From NCBI GenBank assembly GCA_965226495.1, contig OZ245365.1, forward strand, positions 4,864,001-4,928,000: a stretch of DNA of 64,000 nt, read 5' to 3'. The stretch comes from Candidatus Marinacidobacterales bacterium. Its GTDB lineage: Bacteria > Acidobacteriota > Vicinamibacteria > Marinacidobacterales > DATDRI01. A model generated the notes under the pieces. That model ran no database searches, was not told the origin of the DNA, and saw only the letters and a program-made list of their open reading frames with translations. Positions 49,248 to 58,457 of this stretch are shown here, piece after piece. Position 1 is the stretch's first letter. Every line of letters begins with the position of its first letter. A program made the translations under genes and the position numbers.

Positions 49248-50903
49248 ATGAAAGCCGCAATTTATGCACGAAAATCCACAGCTCAGAACGTATCTGAAGA
49301 TGCCAAGTCCGTCACGCGGCAGATCTCAAGGGGCAAGAAATTCATCGAATCAAAGGGCTGGAACCATGCCGGTGACTACGTTGATGATGCCACGAGCGGC
49401 GGATCGTTGGATCGTGAGGGTCTAAACAACCTATTTCGGGATGCAACAGCGGGCAGGTTTGATGCGGTCGTGTTCTATGACCTAGACCGCTTCTCCCGTG
49501 CCGATGCTATCGACACCCTAGTTAAGCTTCGGGATTTAACAAAACTTGTAGATGTTTGGGAGTATGGGAACGGCCAACAACTGACGGTTGGTGATCTCCA
49601 GAGCATTATGATTCACTTCGTGGCATTCAGCAATCAACAACAGCGAAAATCCGCTAGCAAAGACACCCGGGAGAAGATGCAGACAGCAGCCAGCGAGGGT
49701 CTTGTTACTGGTAACAAGATCTACGGTTTTGACAATATTGGGCCAAGGGGAAAACGGCAGCGGGTGCCGAATGAGAAACAAGCCGTTATCGTCCGGGAGA
49801 TCTTTGACCGCTACTCGCAACGCGAAGGACTAAAGGCAATCGCACATATTTTGAATGATCGGGGTATCCCCTCCCCTAATCAGAGACAGAGCGGTTGGTC
49901 TCCCAGCACTGTCCGCTGCATTCTCAAAAACAGGATCTACCGGGGTGAAGTTATCTATGGACGTTCCCGCCGATGTGACGAGCAGGATTTACCAGAGCAT
50001 CTTCAGGGACTCCGAAAAGAACCGCGTGTCTGTGTTGATGAATCAAATTGGATCATTACGAACATGGATCCGCTGGTTGATCCCAAGACATTCGATCTTT
50101 GTGCCGCACGTTTTGAATCTCGTAAGCAGAAAAGCGGCCAGCGGAGAGCAGCCCGAAACGTGAGACACCTACTGAGCGGGTTACTAACTTGCCCCTGTGG
50201 CGCTTCATTGGAAGCCGTCAAGAGTGGGCAGCGGAAGCAATCGTATTACGTTTGTAGTCGGAGACGCCGAAAGGGCGCTGCGATGTGCTCGAACACGATC
50301 CGGCTGGAAGTAGAGAAGACAGACGCGATCATTCTCGATGAACTAGAAAACAGTGTGCTTAGTCCTAAGTTTGTATCACGGATCTTGAATGAAGCCCTCT
50401 CAGACGGGGAACCCGCTACCCAGCTGGAGGTGGAGCGGGAGCGGCTCGTTTCGGAAATCGGGAATCTGACGAAGGCTGTTGCCATCGGAGGCGGCGATAT
50501 CCCGGAGCTAGTAGCAGCCCTTCGGGAGAGAACGAAGGCACTAACCGCCGTTGAGGCGAAACTAGCAGCCCGGACAGAGAGACCGGATCGGAAGCAACTC
50601 CGGGAAGCCGTCGAGCAGAGGTGTTCGGAGTGGCGGGAGGTTCTCCGCTCGAACGTAGAAGCGGGAAGGGCGCTCCTAAAGTCCCTTGTGGGGCCGCTGG
50701 AGGTTCATACACCGCCACCGAAGGAGCTAGCCGACAAATATGCTTCCTGGTCGGCTGATGTGAAGCCGGAAGGGGTAGCCCTCGAAGTGAGTACTTCAGT
50801 TGGTACCGGGGGCGGGGATCGAACCCGCACGAGGTTTCCCCCAGGGGATTTTAAGTCCCCCGCGTCTGCCATTCCGCCACCCCGGCAAGAATGTAGTCAA
50901 TAA
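49248..50903 (+). CDS. Large serine recombinase (resolvase + recombinase + zinc ribbon + coiled coil)
   Basis: YARKST catalytic Ser, DRFSR, YGF, W-PS-VR-IL-N-IY-G, LLSGLLTCPCG...YYVC...C. RBS AAAGGAGGTGATC. Frame runs through att into the antisense strand of tRNA-Leu. Confidence 0.95.
   Translation: MKAAIYARKSTAQNVSEDAKSVTRQISRGKKFIESKGWNHAGDYVDDATSGGSLDREGLNNLFRDATAGRFDAVVFYDLDRFSRADAIDTLVKLRDLTKLVDVWEYGNGQQLTVGDLQSIMIHFVAFSNQQQRKSASKDTREKMQTAASEGLVTGNKIYGFDNIGPRGKRQRVPNEKQAVIVREIFDRYSQREGLKAIAHILNDRGIPSPNQRQSGWSPSTVRCILKNRIYRGEVIYGRSRRCDEQDLPEHLQGLRKEPRVCVDESNWIITNMDPLVDPKTFDLCAARFESRKQKSGQRRAARNVRHLLSGLLTCPCGASLEAVKSGQRKQSYYVCSRRRRKGAAMCSNTIRLEVEKTDAIILDELENSVLSPKFVSRILNEALSDGEPATQLEVERERLVSEIGNLTKAVAIGGGDIPELVAALRERTKALTAVEAKLAARTERPDRKQLREAVEQRCSEWREVLRSNVEAGRALLKSLVGPLEVHTPPPKELADKYASWSADVKPEGVALEVSTSVGTGGGDRTRTRFPPGDFKSPASAIPPPRQECSQ
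50801..50886 (-). tRNA. tRNA-Leu (anticodon TAA)
   Basis: GCCGGGGTGGCGGAATGGCAGACGC...CTTAAAA...GGTTCGATCC...CCGGTACCA with long variable arm and encoded CCA. Confidence 0.97.
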
Positions 50904-50957
50904 TGGAAGGCATTGTGCCACAGGCCAGGCCGGCAGCACATCGAGACGAGCCCGTTA

Positions 50958-52172
50958 TCAACGACTATCGACGATGTGAGCTCGGGAGATGTTCGCTATC
51001 GAGGTGGTTCCCGCCTGGCGCATGATGCTCTCGAGCTCGCGGCGCAAGATTTCCAGAACCGCTTCCACCCCCTCCTGACCGAAGGCGCTGAGGCCCCAGA
51101 GATAGGGCCTTCCGATGGCAACGGCGTTCGCTCCGAGCGCCAAGGCCTTGAAGATGTCCGTACCTCGGCGGAAGCCGCCATCGACAATAACCGGAATCCG
51201 TCCGGACACCGCCTCGACAACCTCGGGTAGACACTCGATGGTCGACCGGTCGCTGGGTTCTTTGCGACCGCCGTGGTTCGACACGATGATGCCATCCACG
51301 CCGTGCTCGACCGATAGCTCGGCGTCCTCACGAGTCACGATCCCCTTGAGGAAGAGCTTCATCGTCGTCGTGTCTTTGAGCCGCTTGATGTAGTCCCAGT
51401 CCATGTCTGACGGGATCTCGTCTATTACCCCAGAGACGTCGATACCGTCGAACATAGGCCTCCTCTTCACGATGCCAACCCACGAGCTCCAGTCGTGACA
51501 CGTTTCGCAATTGCGGTCGTCTCGCTTGGCGAACCGCTGAGCGGTTTCACGGTTTTCGGCCCCTTGGCCATCGATGGTCAGGGCGACGGCCGGACAACCT
51601 GCCGCCTCTGCCCTTTTTACGAGCCGTCGGGCGATGCTCCACTCGTCGGTCGGATAGAGCTGAAACCAAACGGGGGCGCCGGTCGCTTCCGTGACGTCTT
51701 CGACCGAGGATGTGGCGACCGTCGAGAAAACCTGAAGATGTTTCTTCACGCGGGCGGCTCGGGCCACGGCTAGCTCTCCCTCAGGATGAAACGCTTTTTG
51801 GCTGGACGTGGGTGCCAAGATGATCGGCGTCTCCCACCGGACTCCCAGGAGCTCGACCGACATGTCGATCCGGCTCACGTCGATGAGGCGTCGCACTCTG
51901 AGCTGAAACTTCTGGAAGCCTTCGCGGTTTGCGCGAAGCGTCCCATCGTCGTCTACACCAGTCGCGAGGTAACCGTAGTGGGCGGGGGGTAGGACTTTCT
52001 GGGCGACCTCGCGAAAGTCGAAGACGTTCAGGGCGTCTTTGGGTTGGGTAATTGCCCCACCGTCAGCGCCTAACTGAAGCCAGCCGGGAGCGCCATGGAC
52101 GAGGAGAGGGCTCGCTGCCATGAAGCGCAAGAATTGGCGACGGTTCTCGAGTTGGTCGAAACGCTGCGACAT
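50958..52172 (-). CDS. FMN-dependent alpha-hydroxy acid oxidase (lactate oxidase/LldD family)
   Basis: WFQLY, LKGI, VSNHGGR, DGGFRRGTD-KALALGA and GRPYLWGL motifs. NRRQFL is a Tat-like leader. Confidence 0.92.
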   Translation of the reverse strand: MSQRFDQLENRRQFLRFMAASPLLVHGAPGWLQLGADGGAITQPKDALNVFDFREVAQKVLPPAHYGYLATGVDDDGTLRANREGFQKFQLRVRRLIDVSRIDMSVELLGVRWETPIILAPTSSQKAFHPEGELAVARAARVKKHLQVFSTVATSSVEDVTEATGAPVWFQLYPTDEWSIARRLVKRAEAAGCPAVALTIDGQGAENRETAQRFAKRDDRNCETCHDWSSWVGIVKRRPMFDGIDVSGVIDEIPSDMDWDYIKRLKDTTTMKLFLKGIVTREDAELSVEHGVDGIIVSNHGGRKEPSDRSTIECLPEVVEAVSGRIPVIVDGGFRRGTDIFKALALGANAVAIGRPYLWGLSAFGQEGVEAVLEILRRELESIMRQAGTTSIANISRAHIVDSR

Positions 52173-52203
52173 CACACCCCTCGACAAAACTTTGGAAGAC
52201 GAT

Positions 52204-52407
52204 CTAGGCCGAGTCGACCGCCTTGGCGTCGGGGTCGCTGATGCGTATGGATACGTCGATATTGAAATTCTTTTCGCAGGAGCGACAGTAGTAGATCGAG
52301 CTCGATCGACCAACCGTATGCAGCTGTTCCCAATGGCAATTGGGGCAGATGAACACAAAATTCGCGCTGTAAAGCACAGTGCTCTTTGGCTTGCTCTTTT
52401 CCGACAA
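52204..52407 (-). CDS. Small zinc-ribbon protein
   Basis: FICPNC...YYCRSC, 67 aa, between tRNA-Cys and the oxidase. Confidence 0.5.
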   Translation of the reverse strand: MSEKSKPKSTVLYSANFVFICPNCHWEQLHTVGRSSSIYYCRSCEKNFNIDVSIRISDPDAKAVDSA

Positions 52408-52455
52408 TCGGTTGCCCCATTGGAACCGACGCTCAGAGGGGAAGGTTATGAGGGC

Positions 52456-52531
52456 TGGAGGCGGCGAGCGGATTCGAACCGCTGAATAAAGGTTTTGCAG
52501 ACCTCTGCCTTAGCCACTTGGCTACGCCGCC
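52456..52531 (-). tRNA. tRNA-Cys (anticodon GCA)
   Basis: GGCGGCGTAGCCAAGTGG...CTGCAAA...GGTTCGAATCC...GCCGCCTCCA. Confidence 0.97.
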
Positions 52532-52611
52532 TCAATTACAAATAAATAAGGCTGCCTGCCTTCCCGCTCGGCTCTTTTCAGCGCCATCCGAGCGGCACTT
52601 CTCAAGATTCA

Positions 52612-52686
<75 letters not shown>

Positions 52687-52697
52687 CTGCCCTGACG

Positions 52698-52726
52698 ATA
52701 ATAGGAAACGGCAGGGGGGCTGTCAA
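52698..52726 (-). promoter_or_regulatory. Sigma-70 promoter of the tRNA-Gly/Cys unit
   Basis: TTGACA-17 bp-TATTAT, 11 bp upstream of tRNA-Gly. Confidence 0.8.
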
Positions 52727-52749
52727 ACTGAGGGGTCGGGGGTTCAGGC

Positions 52750-52848
52750 CCCCCTCACCCTACCCTCTCCCCCAAGGGGGAGAGGGAATAACGGAGGGAA
52801 GCCAGCATTCATGGCCCTCACCCTACCCTCTCCCCAGAGGGGAGAGGG
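52750..52848. repeat. Two tandem REP-like elements CCCTCACCCTACCCTCTCCCC...GGGGAGAGGG
   Basis: Copies at about 52750-52788 and 52815-52848, each ending in a GC hairpin. Confidence 0.8.
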
Positions 52849-53834
52849 AAATGGAGCTACGTAGGGTTTGGGCAGCCTCCTCTGGGGGGGTGGGGTTGAT
52901 ATAGATGCCGGTCCCCCACTCGAACCCGGCTACTCTAGTGAGGATAGGCATGACCTCGATGTGCCAGTGATAGGACTGGTCCGATGCCTCGCGGAAAGGC
53001 GCGCTGTGGAGGATGAAGGTGTAGGGCGGATGGTCCAGCGCCTCATCGAGAGCTCCCAGAGTCGACTTGAGGGCTCCGGCTAGGCCGCCGAAATCGGTCA
53101 TCCGCTGCGTCCTCGAAGCGGGCGGTGTGTCGCCGCGGTAGCAACCAGAATTCGAAAGAAAACCTAGAAGCGTATGGAGCCACGGCTACGAAGTGCTCAT
53201 TCTTCAGAATGAGGCGCTCTCCATCGCGTTCTTCCTGCTGAGCGATGTCGCAATAAATGCAGCGTGACTGGCTGGAGAAATGCGCTAGAGCCCCCTCGAC
53301 CTCTTCTCGAACCCGCGCCGGGACGATTGGCAGCGCGAGGAGCTGGGAGTGTCCGTGCGCGAGCGTCGCACCCGCCTCGGGACCGTGGTTCTTGAAGATC
53401 ACGACGTGCCGAATCTGTGGATCCTTTGCGAGCGCACGGATTCGCGATTGATACACCCGCAAGACGTCTTCTATGGAATCTAGGGCGAGCGTTGCTAACG
53501 TCGCGCCGTGGTCTGGAGTCTCGACGATGACTTCGTGTACACCTACGCCGTGGAGCGCTTCGAGGTTCGCGACATCGCCCTCGCCGACGCTGCCAGTGGC
53601 TTCAAGCGCAGGAAACTTGTTCGGAAAGACACGGATCTTCCACGGGTCGCGGCTCTCGGGTGCAGTCAGCACCGCGGGAGGCGTCATCGCCTCGTTTCCC
53701 GGACAAAAGGGGCACGAATCAGAACGGCCGACGACCTTGGTGGTCCCTTTGGCGAAATCAGTAGGGCGGCCCGCTCGCTCTGGCGCGATGAGGACCCAGT
53801 TGCCGGCAATCGGATCTTTTCGAAACTCGGACAA
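52823..53834 (-). CDS. galT: Galactose-1-phosphate uridylyltransferase, frameshifted near 53100 (possible sequencing error)
   Basis: CPFCPGNE, NKFPAL, GATLAHGHSQ and YHWHIE...AGFEWGTG motifs in two frames. TTG start at 53834. Confidence 0.85.
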
Positions 53835-53848
53835 GAATAACTCCTCGA

Positions 53849-54274
53849 TTAGCTCTGTCCGTCGAAAGCGTCTTGGTAGATGCTGACTTCGGGCGCTCGA
53901 TCGGCCGGGAACTCGATGCCCACCACGTCGAATCGAATGGGCGACTCGCTCCATCCCCGCCGGGCGGCGTAGGCCAGCGCTAGTCGAGTGAGCTTCTTTT
54001 GCTTTCGATAGTCGACCGCTTCTATCGGCGTGCCGAAGCGGTGTCCGCTGCGAGTCTTGACCTCGACGAAGACGAGTACCTTGCCGTCACGAGCAACGAT
54101 GTCGATCTCACCCAACCGGCTACGCTCTCGTCTCGCCAGGATTCGGTAGTCCTTTTTTTTCAACGCCCGGACGGCGAGGTCTTCGCCCCGGCGACCGAGC
54201 GATAGGGAATCAGCCGGTCGACCGACCAGAAATGGCCGGAATTTATCCCACCACCCACGAAACCACTCGTTCAC
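53849..54274 (-). CDS. yraN: YraN family (UPF0102) endonuclease-like protein
   Basis: G--GE, GEIDIVA, VFVEVKTR and RFDVV motifs. Confidence 0.92.
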   Translation of the reverse strand: MNEWFRGWWDKFRPFLVGRPADSLSLGRRGEDLAVRALKKKDYRILARRERSRLGEIDIVARDGKVLVFVEVKTRSGHRFGTPIEAVDYRKQKKLTRLALAYAARRGWSESPIRFDVVGIEFPADRAPEVSIYQDAFDGQS

Positions 54275-55674
54275 TTCCTGCGCCAGCGAGTACCGGCGGG
54301 TGTATCCTCGAGCACGATTCCCTGCGTGTCGAGCTCGTCACGGATCGCGTCCGATCGAGCAAAGTCACGCCGGGCCCTGGCCTCACGCCTCTCTGTGATC
54401 AGCTTCTCGACGTCGGCATCCAACATCACCGCCTCGGTCTGTCCGAAGACACCGAAGACGGTGTTCAGCCGCTCGACCGTCCCCGCAATCTCGCCGGCAT
54501 CCTCCTTTGTAAGAGAAGACGAAGAAAGAGCCCGATTCGCCTCCCTCACTAGGTCGAAAAGTGCTCCGAGCGCCGCGGGCGTATTGAGATCATCATCCAT
54601 GGCCTGCTCGAAAGCCTCGCGGCCGCGGCGGGTCATATCCTGGACGCTTTCTGAAAGAGAACCGTCCCCTTGAACCTCCCCGAGTCTCTCCAACAGATCG
54701 TCGACTCGGCGAATCGCCTGTTCCGCCTGTCGGATCCCCTCGCGGCTGAAGTTCAGCTGCTTTCGGTAATGGGCGGAGAGTAGAAGGTAGCGGATGGCGG
54801 CGGGCGAGAATCCTTCTTCCACTAGGTCCCTGACGGTGAACTGATTCCCCTTGGATTTGGCCATCTTCTCACCCTCGACGAGCAAGAACTCGGCGTGGAT
54901 CCAAAAACGGACGAAGGGCTTCCCGGTCGCGCCTTCACTCTGGGCGATCTCGTTCTCGTGGTGAGGAAAAATGAGATCGACGCCCCCGCCGTGAATATCG
55001 AAACTCTCGCCGAGCAGCTTCATGCTCATCGCGGAGCATTCGAGGTGCCAGCCGGGACGACCGGGGCCGATGTCGGTATCCCAGGACGGCTCGTTCTCCT
55101 TGGGGCTCTTCCACAAAACAAAATCGCGGGCATTCTCTTTACCATAGTCGTCACCGTCCCCGGCCCCCGACTGCATACCCTCGACATCGATCCGCGAGAG
55201 CTTTCCGTACTCGGGAAGTGTCGAGATACGGTAATAGATCGAGCCGTCCCTCTCGTACGTATGGCCTCGCTCCTTGAGTTTTTTGACCAGGTCGACCATC
55301 GCGTCGAGGTATTCCGGATCGGTGGCGCGAGGATAATGCTCGGCCCTTTCGATGTTCAAAGAATCGGCGTCGTCGTAGAAATACTCGATGTACTTGTCGG
55401 TGTATTCTCTCAGCGGTAGCCCTTCCTCGAGCGCGCCGGCGATCGTTTTGTCGTCAACGTCGGTAAAGTTCACTGCCTGTGTCACGCGGAATCCCTTGTA
55501 CTTCAGGTAGCGCCGCAGGATGTCTTGCGCGACGAAAGTCTTGAAGTTGCCGATGTGTCCTCGGTTGTAGACCGTCAAACCGCAGGTGTACATGCGGACA
55601 TGACCAGGCTCGATAGGTTTGAACGCCTCTTTCGCCCCACCGAGAGTATTCGTGAGCTTGAGCGGGTTTCCCAT
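54271..55674 (-). CDS. cysS: Cysteine--tRNA ligase
   Basis: YTCGLTVY, HIGN, GRPGWHLECSAM, FPHHENEIAQ and KMAKS motifs. Confidence 0.97.
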   Translation of the reverse strand: MGNPLKLTNTLGGAKEAFKPIEPGHVRMYTCGLTVYNRGHIGNFKTFVAQDILRRYLKYKGFRVTQAVNFTDVDDKTIAGALEEGLPLREYTDKYIEYFYDDADSLNIERAEHYPRATDPEYLDAMVDLVKKLKERGHTYERDGSIYYRISTLPEYGKLSRIDVEGMQSGAGDGDDYGKENARDFVLWKSPKENEPSWDTDIGPGRPGWHLECSAMSMKLLGESFDIHGGGVDLIFPHHENEIAQSEGATGKPFVRFWIHAEFLLVEGEKMAKSKGNQFTVRDLVEEGFSPAAIRYLLLSAHYRKQLNFSREGIRQAEQAIRRVDDLLERLGEVQGDGSLSESVQDMTRRGREAFEQAMDDDLNTPAALGALFDLVREANRALSSSSLTKEDAGEIAGTVERLNTVFGVFGQTEAVMLDADVEKLITERREARARRDFARSDAIRDELDTQGIVLEDTPAGTRWRRK

Positions 55675-55676
55675 AT

Positions 55677-57461
55677 CTAAAGCCTCTTGACGACTACCAA
55701 TGTCAGATCGTCGCTGAGCCCTGCTCCCGCGGCAAAAGCGCGGGCGGCGCCGACCAACCGCCCGACGATTTCTCGAGCCGGAAGATTCGCCACCGCTTGC
55801 GCCGATTCCACGATCCGTCCCCCCTCCTCGAACTCCTCGCCATCCGGATTGCGGGTCTCGGACAATCCATCAGTATAGAGAACAAGCAGATCACCGGGGT
55901 CGAGTTGGGTGCAGCCGACTTCCACTTGGACCTCGGGAAGTAGCCCGATGACCTGGCTGCCCTGGCTCAACGACTCCACGTCTCCGCCCCCCCTCAACAA
56001 CAAGGGATAGACGTGACCGGCGTTCACGTAAGTGAGCTCTCCATTTGCCGGATCCAGCTGGGCGTAAAAGACCGTCACGTATTTGTTGGGCTCGGTTGTC
56101 CGGAAGACGATCTCATTCAATCGCGAGAAGAGTACGTCGAGGCGAAGGTCGCCTAAACCCGAGAGCGTTCTCAGCGAGGCCTGCACCGAAGCCATCAGGA
56201 GCGCGGGCCCGGTACCTTTTCCGGAGACGTCGGCGATCGCCACCCCGAGCTTTCCACCCGAGCTCTCCACGTAGTCGTAATAGTCGCCGCCCACTGTCAG
56301 ACAGGGGATGTTCACGCCGGTGATATCCCAACCCTCGAGTGCCGGATCGCTCTTGGGCAAAAGGTCCCTTTGCATTTGGCGTGCAACCGCCATCTCTTTT
56401 TCCAACTTCTGTTTCTCGACCCATTCGCGGGTAAGCCTCTGACGATCGAGAGCCGCCGCGCCCTGCGCAGCGAGCGAGCGAAGAAAATCCACATCGTCCT
56501 CGTCGATTGGTTGGCCGTTGGCCTTACGCCCCACCAGCAACACTCCATGAGCATCGCCTCCATAACGAAGCGGTAGGATGACTTCGAAACCATGGGTCTC
56601 CAACAAGACGCGAAGCGGTCCCGGCTCGAGCCCATCGACTCCCACCACTCCCTCTTCCTTCGCATCCAGCTTCGGCGTCTCCGCTCGAAGAAGCTCGAGT
56701 TGCGCGGGATCGAGCCGGACACCTCTCACGTCCACTCGCTTCGACCCTACCAAGGCACAGCGCGTGGCAAGTGCCTGGCCCATGGCACTGGCCATCAGCA
56801 CTTCCCGAACGCGTGTCGCGTCCGCCGCCACGAGGAGCTCTCGCGTGATGTCGAACAAGGAGTCGAGCTGATAGACCTTGAGCGTGAGCTTTTGGTTGAC
56901 GTGCTGCAGCTCTTCGTAAACGCGGCCGTTATCGATGCTCGCCGCGGCCGAGATCGAAAGCGCTTCCAAGAAAGACCGCTCGCCCGGTCCGTAGCCTCCC
57001 GGTCGTTTCCCCAGCACGAGAAGGCCGGTGAGCCGTGAACCTTTTCTGAAAGGCGTGACGAGATCTGCTTTTAATAAATTGATTAGCGCGACGCAACCCT
57101 TTTCGAGCTTGGGATCATCCGGTCCTATCGCACGCTCGAGTCCTTCCACTCCTTCGGCCGCCAACCCGGGGTCGTCTTTTTGGGGCGCGGACGCTCCTCG
57201 CCTTGCCATGAAACGGAAGAGCCCATCGTCTCCCTTTAGTGCAATGCAAGCCCAGGACGCCTGCGTCTCACCAATCGCGACGAGAAGAACAAGGTCCAAA
57301 ATCTCCGAAAGCTCGATAGAACGATTCAACGTCGTGCTGAAGTCGAGTAGAGTAAGGAGCTCGGACAGTCTCTTCCCAACGCTCGCATCGTCGGAAAGTC
57401 CGGCAAGGGGAGCTAGTGCCTTTTGGTAACGGAAGGATAAGGGGTCGAGCTCGTCCGACAT
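55677..57461 (-). CDS. GAF-GAF PP2C/SpoIIE phosphatase (RsbU-like)
   Basis: VGGDYYD, ADVSGKG, NAGH, YTDG and DDLT motifs. Confidence 0.92.
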   Translation of the reverse strand: MSDELDPLSFRYQKALAPLAGLSDDASVGKRLSELLTLLDFSTTLNRSIELSEILDLVLLVAIGETQASWACIALKGDDGLFRFMARRGASAPQKDDPGLAAEGVEGLERAIGPDDPKLEKGCVALINLLKADLVTPFRKGSRLTGLLVLGKRPGGYGPGERSFLEALSISAAASIDNGRVYEELQHVNQKLTLKVYQLDSLFDITRELLVAADATRVREVLMASAMGQALATRCALVGSKRVDVRGVRLDPAQLELLRAETPKLDAKEEGVVGVDGLEPGPLRVLLETHGFEVILPLRYGGDAHGVLLVGRKANGQPIDEDDVDFLRSLAAQGAAALDRQRLTREWVEKQKLEKEMAVARQMQRDLLPKSDPALEGWDITGVNIPCLTVGGDYYDYVESSGGKLGVAIADVSGKGTGPALLMASVQASLRTLSGLGDLRLDVLFSRLNEIVFRTTEPNKYVTVFYAQLDPANGELTYVNAGHVYPLLLRGGGDVESLSQGSQVIGLLPEVQVEVGCTQLDPGDLLVLYTDGLSETRNPDGEEFEEGGRIVESAQAVANLPAREIVGRLVGAARAFAAGAGLSDDLTLVVVKRL

Positions 57462-57503
57462 TGCGAGTTGGCAGGAAGCGATCGGACCGGCGACGGCCCC
57501 CTG

Positions 57504-57995
57504 CTATTCACCTTTGGTCTTGCGTTGTTTGTACCGGACCATGACACACATGTTTTTGCCGGAGCCCGCCTTGCCGAAGCGCAAGTCATCCATCATTTCC
57601 CTCATGATGTAGAGACCCAGGCCGCCGGTTCGATGCTCGGCAACCAATTTGTCGAGATCGAACTCGGGCATCGGGACCTCCGCAAGCGGCTCGCCGTCAT
57701 GAAGGATCTGGATGTCCAAGCTCTCGCCCTCGGGGTCGAAATGCATCTCGATCTCATGTCCTTCCTCGCCGCGATACGCGTGCTCCAAGACGTTGGTGGT
57801 AGCCTCCTCCACCGCCATGGCGATCTTCTCGGCTTCGGCCTCATCGAAGCCCGTAGACTCGGCGAGTCGCCGGGCGAGCTCTCGCACCATGTGCAGGTAG
57901 CGGGTATCACTGGGAAACCGCAGCTCGAGCATCGAACGGCTGTCAGGCGACGGCGTTCCGTGGTCGTTCTCGGCCGGTTTGGGCGCGTTGGACAT
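57504..57995 (-). CDS. Anti-sigma kinase / ATP-binding protein (RsbW-like)
   Basis: AVEEATTNVLEHAY, D-G and GGLGLYIM--MMD motifs. Confidence 0.9.
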   Translation of the reverse strand: MSNAPKPAENDHGTPSPDSRSMLELRFPSDTRYLHMVRELARRLAESTGFDEAEAEKIAMAVEEATTNVLEHAYRGEEGHEIEMHFDPEGESLDIQILHDGEPLAEVPMPEFDLDKLVAEHRTGGLGLYIMREMMDDLRFGKAGSGKNMCVMVRYKQRKTKGE

Positions 57996-58010
57996 AGGTA
58001 TTTGCAGGGT

Positions 58011-58403
58011 CTAACTATTCTTACTGTCCATATTGTCTTTTCTGTCGGGGGTGCTCGAACCAGTATAGCTCGCGACGGCATCCGCTTCGGAATCGAAGAC
58101 CCTACAGAGGTGATTGAACCCCAAGACTTCGAAGATGTTCAGGACCGTCTCGTTGAGATCCGTCAGTCGGATATCCCCCCCCTGGGACCGCACCTCCTCG
58201 ATATGCCCCATGATCACGCCCAAACCGGCGCTGGCGATGTAGGAGAGACCCGAGCCGTTGATGACGATTTGCGTGCGACCGGACTCCACGGACCGCTCGA
58301 GCTCCCGCTCGAATTCGCGCACCGTGTGTGCGTTGATGAAACCCCGAGGGTAGATCACCATCACGTCCCCTCGCTCTTGGCTCTCCATCATCAAATCAGG
58401 CAC
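58011..58403 (-). CDS. STAS-domain anti-anti-sigma factor (RsbV-like)
   Basis: LSYIASAGLGV phosphoacceptor motif, GGDIRL and VFEVLG-like segment. Confidence 0.9.
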   Translation of the reverse strand: MPDLMMESQERGDVMVIYPRGFINAHTVREFERELERSVESGRTQIVINGSGLSYIASAGLGVIMGHIEEVRSQGGDIRLTDLNETVLNIFEVLGFNHLCRVFDSEADAVASYTGSSTPDRKDNMDSKNS

Positions 58404-58457
58404 CAGCTCGCTCCTCCACCCGGGAATTCTGTTTCATCCGAAGGGTAGACTTCCGTT

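Larger units (their letters stand above)
41662..50815. mobile_element. ~9.15-kb serine-recombinase integrative element at the tRNA-Leu 3' end (phage-satellite-like)
   Basis: Direct repeat TTGGTACCGGGGG(GG)CGG at 41662-41679 and 50800-50815. Recombinase at the right end. Visibly more AT-rich than the host. Mostly orphan ORFs. Confidence 0.85.

Noticed and set aside
41662-50815. Complete prophage or conjugative element
   Set aside because: No recognisable capsid, portal, tail, lysis, relaxase or type IV secretion genes.
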